The notes beneath the pieces were generated by a model. The model did no database searches and was not told where the DNA came from. It saw only the letters and a program-made list of their open reading frames with translations. Below are positions 59,974 to 64,000 of a stretch of 64,000 bases of DNA, one piece after another (position 1 is the first letter of the stretch; each line of letters begins with the position of its first letter). Location of the stretch: contig CAZSJW010000001.1 of assembly GCA_964607285.1 (NCBI GenBank), positions 250,555 to 314,554 on the forward strand. The letters are read 5' to 3'. The DNA comes from an uncultured Pseudomonadales bacterium (GTDB taxonomy: Bacteria > Patescibacteriota > Microgenomatia > UBA1400 > PJMF01). Both the position numbers and the translations under genes were made by a program.

Positions 59974-60046
59974 CGAGCCCGACCAGATTCGAACTGGCGA
60001 TCTCTTCCGTGACAGGGAAGCATGTTAACCGCTACACCACGGGCCC
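59974..60046 (-). tRNA. tRNA-Asp (anticodon GTC)
   Basis: The reverse complement is GGGCCCG-TG-GTGT-AGCGGTTA-ACAT-G-CTTCC-CTGTCAC-GGAAG-AGAT-CGCCAG/TTCGAAT/CTGGT-CGGGCTC-G. Anticodon loop U33-GTC-A37. Discriminator G, as expected for tRNA-Asp. Confidence 0.8.
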
Positions 60047-60388
60047 ATTTGTGTCATTAGCTGATCCTTTGTTGGGACGGATGGCACCTTCACCATCCTC
60101 ATGAGCCGTCTCCAGATAAGCGTGCGGTACAACAAGGTACCAATTGTCTACGGTTCAAAGCCGCAACATAGGCTCATCTAATGACAAAGTATCAGCAAAT
60201 GTATTTGTTTATTAAAGCTCTCACTATTCAGTCTATCACTATTCCAACAGCCAGAGCAGAGCGATATTATACGCTACCTTCCGCAGGTTTGCCAAGCCTA
60301 AACAATACCCTGAACACTGAGCAAAAAACTCATTACCTCTACAGTTTTTGTCAGGATGAGGTATGATAATACAGAAAGTGAGAAACCT

Positions 60389-60973
60389 ATGCCAACACTC
60401 ATCATACTTGCCGTTATTGTCGGAGTCGCTTTGTACGTAGTTTCTATTTACAACGCTCTGCAACGCCTGAAAACCCAAATAGCAGCCAGCATCCAAGAAA
60501 TTGGCAACCAGCTGAAACGCCAAGCTTCATTGATTCCTAACCTTGAGACAGCAGTCAAAGGCTTTCTCAAACATGAAAAAGGTATTTTCGAGATGCTCAC
60601 TGCAGCCCGCAAGTCTGTGGCACATGCCCAAGAAACAGGTGCAACCGCAGACATTGAAACAGCAATCACTAAGGTTCAGCAAATGGTTCCTCAACTTAGC
60701 ATAGCGGTTGAAGACAATCCAGAGCTTAAAAGTGATGCCACTGTCACCAAGTTTATGTCAGAACTAACAGACACCGCTGACAAACTCACCTACGCCCGCC
60801 GTGCTGTTATTGATTTATCACAAAGATATAATGAAAAACTAGTTACAGTTCCTTCTAGTTTGATTGCAAACATGTTCGGCTTTAAACCTGAGCAAGGTTT
60901 AGAGATGCCAACTAGCGGCTCACATTTATCCGTTTCTGGCAAAGAAATGGAAGACCACCGCGTTAGTTTGTAG
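60389..60973 (+). CDS. lemA: LemA-family protein
   Basis: N-terminal TM then YNALQRLKTQIAASIQEIGNQLKRQASLIPNL is the LemA signature region. Start at the ATG at 60389 (MPTLII...). Followed by htpX, a common pairing. Confidence 0.75.
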   Translation: MPTLIILAVIVGVALYVVSIYNALQRLKTQIAASIQEIGNQLKRQASLIPNLETAVKGFLKHEKGIFEMLTAARKSVAHAQETGATADIETAITKVQQMVPQLSIAVEDNPELKSDATVTKFMSELTDTADKLTYARRAVIDLSQRYNEKLVTVPSSLIANMFGFKPEQGLEMPTSGSHLSVSGKEMEDHRVSL

Positions 60974-61001
60974 TCTCCACAGCTACCTTTCAGAAAAAAC
61001 C

Positions 61002-61907
61002 ATGACACACTACGATTTGGTTTCCAGCAACAAAAACAAGTCTCTGGTCATCATCACACTTTTCATGACTTTTATAGTCGGAGCGGTGTATATCATGTCC
61101 GTTGGACTTGGATATGGATTAGACATAGTGGGGATTGCACTGATCATATCTGGAGTCATGTCATTCGCCTCCTACTGGTGGTCTGACAAAATTATCCTAG
61201 GTATGTCTGGTGCACGTCCTGCTACCCGAGAAGAATTCTTTGATTACTACACTGTAACCGAAAACATAGTGCTCGGGCAGCGTATGCCCATGCCAAAACT
61301 CTATGTTATTGATGACACTGCGATGAATGCATTTGCGACAGGTCGTGATCCTGACCACGCCGTAGTGTGCGCAACGACAGGATTACTCACTAGGTTGAAT
61401 AGAGCAGAGATTGAAGGAGTTGTGGCTCATGAATTAGCACATGTTCAAAATTACGATATTCGATTGATGTCGATTGTGACCATCCTAGTAGGATTCATTG
61501 CACTTCTATCAGACTGGATGCTGCGTATGTCCTTCTATGGCGGGGGTAAGCGTGACAAAAATAGTGGGGGACAACTGCAAGTTGTGTTTATGGTGGCAGG
61601 CATTTTGCTAGCGCTGCTTTCGCCAATCATTGCACAGTTAATTCAGCTTGCTATCTCTCGTAGACGAGAGTTCCTGGCAGATGCCACCGGGGTAGGGATG
61701 ACCAAAAACCCTGAGGGCTTAGCTAAAGCTTTGGAGAAAATTAGTCAAGATCGTGAGCCTCTAGAGGCTGCTAATAAAGCGACAGCACATTTATATATTT
61801 CCAACCCACTGAAAAATGTTCATGGAGCAGTTGGAACTTTTGCCTCGATGTTTCAGACTCATCCTCCTGTCAAAGATAGACTGGACGCTCTAAGGGGATT
61901 ACAATAA
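61002..61907 (+). CDS. htpX: Protease HtpX homolog (M48 zinc metalloprotease)
   Basis: Two TMs, HELAHVQNYD (HExxH) and a downstream EFLAD glutamate. Four TM segments overall. Confidence 0.85.
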   Translation: MTHYDLVSSNKNKSLVIITLFMTFIVGAVYIMSVGLGYGLDIVGIALIISGVMSFASYWWSDKIILGMSGARPATREEFFDYYTVTENIVLGQRMPMPKLYVIDDTAMNAFATGRDPDHAVVCATTGLLTRLNRAEIEGVVAHELAHVQNYDIRLMSIVTILVGFIALLSDWMLRMSFYGGGKRDKNSGGQLQVVFMVAGILLALLSPIIAQLIQLAISRRREFLADATGVGMTKNPEGLAKALEKISQDREPLEAANKATAHLYISNPLKNVHGAVGTFASMFQTHPPVKDRLDALRGLQ

Positions 61908-61908
61908 T

Positions 61909-62394
61909 ATGATGGAACATTCAAGCAGTCTTAAACCAGCTGCAACACTACCCTTGGTAATCAATAAAATTATGTCTCCAGATGGCCTAGGCTTCAGCGT
62001 AGTTGCCTTTCTGCTAAGCAGTATGCTGTTTGGTGTGTTAGTACCCATCATAAGGATGAGTCCACTTTCAGTAACAATCAGTGAGGTTTTTTTATATAGT
62101 CTCATGACCGCACTAGCAGTCATCTTACTACAAGTAGTTTCAACGGTACTGTACGTACAGAGCACAATTATAGAGAGAAAAACAGCAACAATTGAAGTGT
62201 TGATCGGTGGATTCAGACATACCACGCTCTCCATCCCGCTCAATCAGCTGCAAAACGTACTGGTTCACCAATCAATACTTGAGAGAGCATTTGGGCTAGT
62301 TACCATTCAGATTTCTCAGCTTTCAGGATTCATTTCTGTTTGGGGTTTTCCCATCACCCGCGCTCAAAAATTTGTACAACAATTACAACAATAG
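61909..62394 (+). CDS. Small membrane protein, YdbS/bPH_2-like (bacterial PH domain)
   Basis: Two TM helices, then a ~80-aa domain ending ERAFGLVTIQISQLSGFISVWGF, typical of bPH_2. Confidence 0.4.
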   Translation: MMEHSSSLKPAATLPLVINKIMSPDGLGFSVVAFLLSSMLFGVLVPIIRMSPLSVTISEVFLYSLMTALAVILLQVVSTVLYVQSTIIERKTATIEVLIGGFRHTTLSIPLNQLQNVLVHQSILERAFGLVTIQISQLSGFISVWGFPITRAQKFVQQLQQ

Positions 62395-62445
62395 ATTTCA
62401 ACTTGTCCTCGAGTTACCTTACGTGTATACTCGAGCGTTAGTAGT

Positions 62446-62772
62446 ATGCCAAAAAAGCACACCGCAACTCACCAGTTTACCCCACAGTTTGTTACTTCCG
62501 TTGCTGCGTTAGCCAACATCCCCATCACAGATGAGGAGGCAGCAGCATATGGCGGCTCTTTTGCAGATACCATGCAAGTTGTCAACCAACTACAGTCAGT
62601 GGACATTTCAAATGTAGAACCCACTAATCAGGTAACGGGCCTAGAAAACGTCTGGCGTGAAGATGAACTTTGGCCAGAGTATATGTTCAGCCAAGAACAG
62701 GCACTTGCCAACGCAACACATACCCACAATGGATATATAGTAGTCAATCAAATAATTGATCAAGAAGATTAG
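62446..62772 (+). CDS. gatC: Asp/Glu-tRNA(Asn/Gln) amidotransferase subunit C
   Basis: 108 aa; ...ALANIPITDEEAAAYGGSFADTMQVVNQLQSVD... Immediately precedes gatA. Confidence 0.8.
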   Translation: MPKKHTATHQFTPQFVTSVAALANIPITDEEAAAYGGSFADTMQVVNQLQSVDISNVEPTNQVTGLENVWREDELWPEYMFSQEQALANATHTHNGYIVVNQIIDQED

Positions 62773-62773
62773 T

Positions 62774-64000
62774 ATGGCTGATCTTAATACACAGACGCTA
62801 GCTACCACAATCAAACAGCTGCGAGCCAAGGAAATTTTGCACGCTGAACTTTCTGCTGCACTAGAAACTGCAGTAAACAATGAAAATAAGCATCTCAATA
62901 TTTTCCTAACACTGAATGATAATCAGAGAGAAGAATCCGCAAAAGCAGATCTGATGAGCCCACTTGCGGGTGTTCCAATTGCCCTAAAAGATAATATCTC
63001 CACCAAGGGTATGCGAACAACAGCTTCATCAACTGTACTGGATACTTACATACCAGTTTTTGACGCCAAAGTAACGGCAAACCTCAAATCTGCAGGAGGC
63101 GTTATTCAGGGTAAAACTAATCTTGACGCCTGGGCACACGGTTCATCAACTGAAACATCCCAATATGGCAGAACTCTAAACCCTCGCAACCCTGAGCACC
63201 TTCCTGGGGGCTCATCTGGAGGCAGTGCTGCAGCTGTAGCAGCGAATATGTGTATCGCAGCTATCGGCACTGAAACCGCAGGCTCAATTCGCCAGCCTGC
63301 TGCTTGGTGCGGAGTGGTGGGCGTCAAACCCACCTATGGCAGGGTAAGCAGAGCAGGCATTGCTGCCATGGCTTCATCTACCGACTCCCCAGGACCAATG
63401 ACAAAAACGGTAGAGGACGGCGCGTACCTCCTAAACTACCTTGCAGGTAAAGATCCTCATGATGCTACAACTTCGGCACAGAAGGTTCCAGACTTTACAA
63501 AAGCTCTGCACAAAGACATCAAAGGTCTGAAAGTGGGGTATATGTACCACGACTTAGATGGCATGGAGTCTACAAACAACCTATTTTCTACAGAACTGAA
63601 AGTGCTGGAACGCTTGGGTGCTCATGTTGAACTGACTGATGCTATGGATCCTCGCCATGCTGTAGGTGTTTATACTGTTGTACAACGTGGAGAAGTGAGT
63701 AGTAATCTTGCTCGGTACGATGGGATTAGGCTTGGCAAAGATCGATCTTTTTTTGGAGCTGAAGCCAAGAGACGTATTATGCTGGGTACGTTTACACTCA
63801 GCAAAGGGTTTTCGGATCAGTATTACGTATTGGCACAAAAGGTGCGAACTTTGTTTATCCAAGACTTCGAGCGATTATTCAAAAAATATGATGTTCTAGT
63901 TGGACTCTCTTCACCTGGTTTTGCTAAAAAAATTGGTGCCACTGAAGGTGCTGCAATGTTTGGTGAGCTTGAAGACATGTTACTCGAGCCAAGTTCTATC
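62774..64000 (+). CDS. gatA: Asp/Glu-tRNA(Asn/Gln) amidotransferase subunit A (5' partial; runs off the window end)
   Basis: The ATG at 62774 is 1 nt after the gatC stop. Amidase signature GGSSGGSAAAVAA, and PIALKDNISTKGMRTTASS. It is absent from the ORF track because no stop lies in the window. Confidence 0.85.
   Translation, partial: MADLNTQTLATTIKQLRAKEILHAELSAALETAVNNENKHLNIFLTLNDNQREESAKADLMSPLAGVPIALKDNISTKGMRTTASSTVLDTYIPVFDAKVTANLKSAGGVIQGKTNLDAWAHGSSTETSQYGRTLNPRNPEHLPGGSSGGSAAAVAANMCIAAIGTETAGSIRQPAAWCGVVGVKPTYGRVSRAGIAAMASSTDSPGPMTKTVEDGAYLLNYLAGKDPHDATTSAQKVPDFTKALHKDIKGLKVGYMYHDLDGMESTNNLFSTELKVLERLGAHVELTDAMDPRHAVGVYTVVQRGEVSSNLARYDGIRLGKDRSFFGAEAKRRIMLGTFTLSKGFSDQYYVLAQKVRTLFIQDFERLFKKYDVLVGLSSPGFAKKIGATEGAAMFGELEDMLLEPSSI

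Noticed and set aside
1-64000. Searched for CRISPR repeats, transposase/integrase genes, rRNA genes and additional tRNAs on either strand
   Set aside because: I found no periodic direct-repeat array, no DDE/tyrosine-recombinase motifs, and no rRNA-like conserved blocks. Only the three minus-strand tRNAs at 53.9-60.0 kb fold as cloverleaves.

Overview
This is a 64-kb, AT-rich, gene-dense window. Nearly all genes are on the + strand; the few minus-strand genes stand out as candidate accessory material. The gene content looks like a small-genome bacterium, possibly a Patescibacteria/CPR-like or similarly reduced lineage. The hints are a DUF4012-like protein next to a polyprenyl-phosphate sugar transferase, an N-terminally truncated MurE, a short RecO, a single-chain GlyRS, several SAM-methyltransferases and many orphan proteins. 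This lineage call is inference only.

Contents in order:
1. 0.1-6.3 kb: a cell-envelope glycan module with two GT4-like glycosyltransferases, a ManC-like sugar-1-P nucleotidyltransferase, a polyprenyl-phosphate sugar transferase and DUF4012. It is followed by recO and by glyQS preceded by a candidate T-box leader.
2. 9.2-19.3 kb: an accessory block of SAM-methyltransferases, a reverse-strand three-gene module (PNP/MTAN-like protein plus two methyltransferases), and five GT4 glycosyltransferases with an LmbE-like deacetylase.
3. 19.3-35.6 kb: a complete division/cell-wall (dcw) cluster, mraZ-rsmH-ftsL-ftsI-murE-yvcK-murC-murB-murA-mraY-ftsW-murG-ftsQ-ftsA-ftsZ.
4. 35.7-39.7 kb: orphan proteins, including an apparently frameshifted coiled-coil gene.
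5. 39.7-49.0 kb: ileS with a good promoter and a candidate T-box leader, a PP2C-like orphan, rodA, rplU-(RNA methyltransferase)-rpmA, an orphan parB, and lepB.
6. 49-53 kb: a second glycan module with a Wzx-like flippase, a GT2, an O-antigen-ligase-like membrane protein and an Ig-like surface protein.
7. 53.9-60.0 kb: three minus-strand tRNAs (Thr-CGT, Gly-CCC, Asp-GTC) bracketing large orphan proteins and about 0.9 kb of decayed non-coding DNA.
8. 60.4-64.0 kb: lemA-htpX, a bPH-like membrane protein, gatC and partial gatA.

I recognised no CRISPR array, transposase or integrase. The most likely location of a novel system is the reverse-strand methyltransferase/nucleosidase-like module, or the tRNA-bracketed orphan block.
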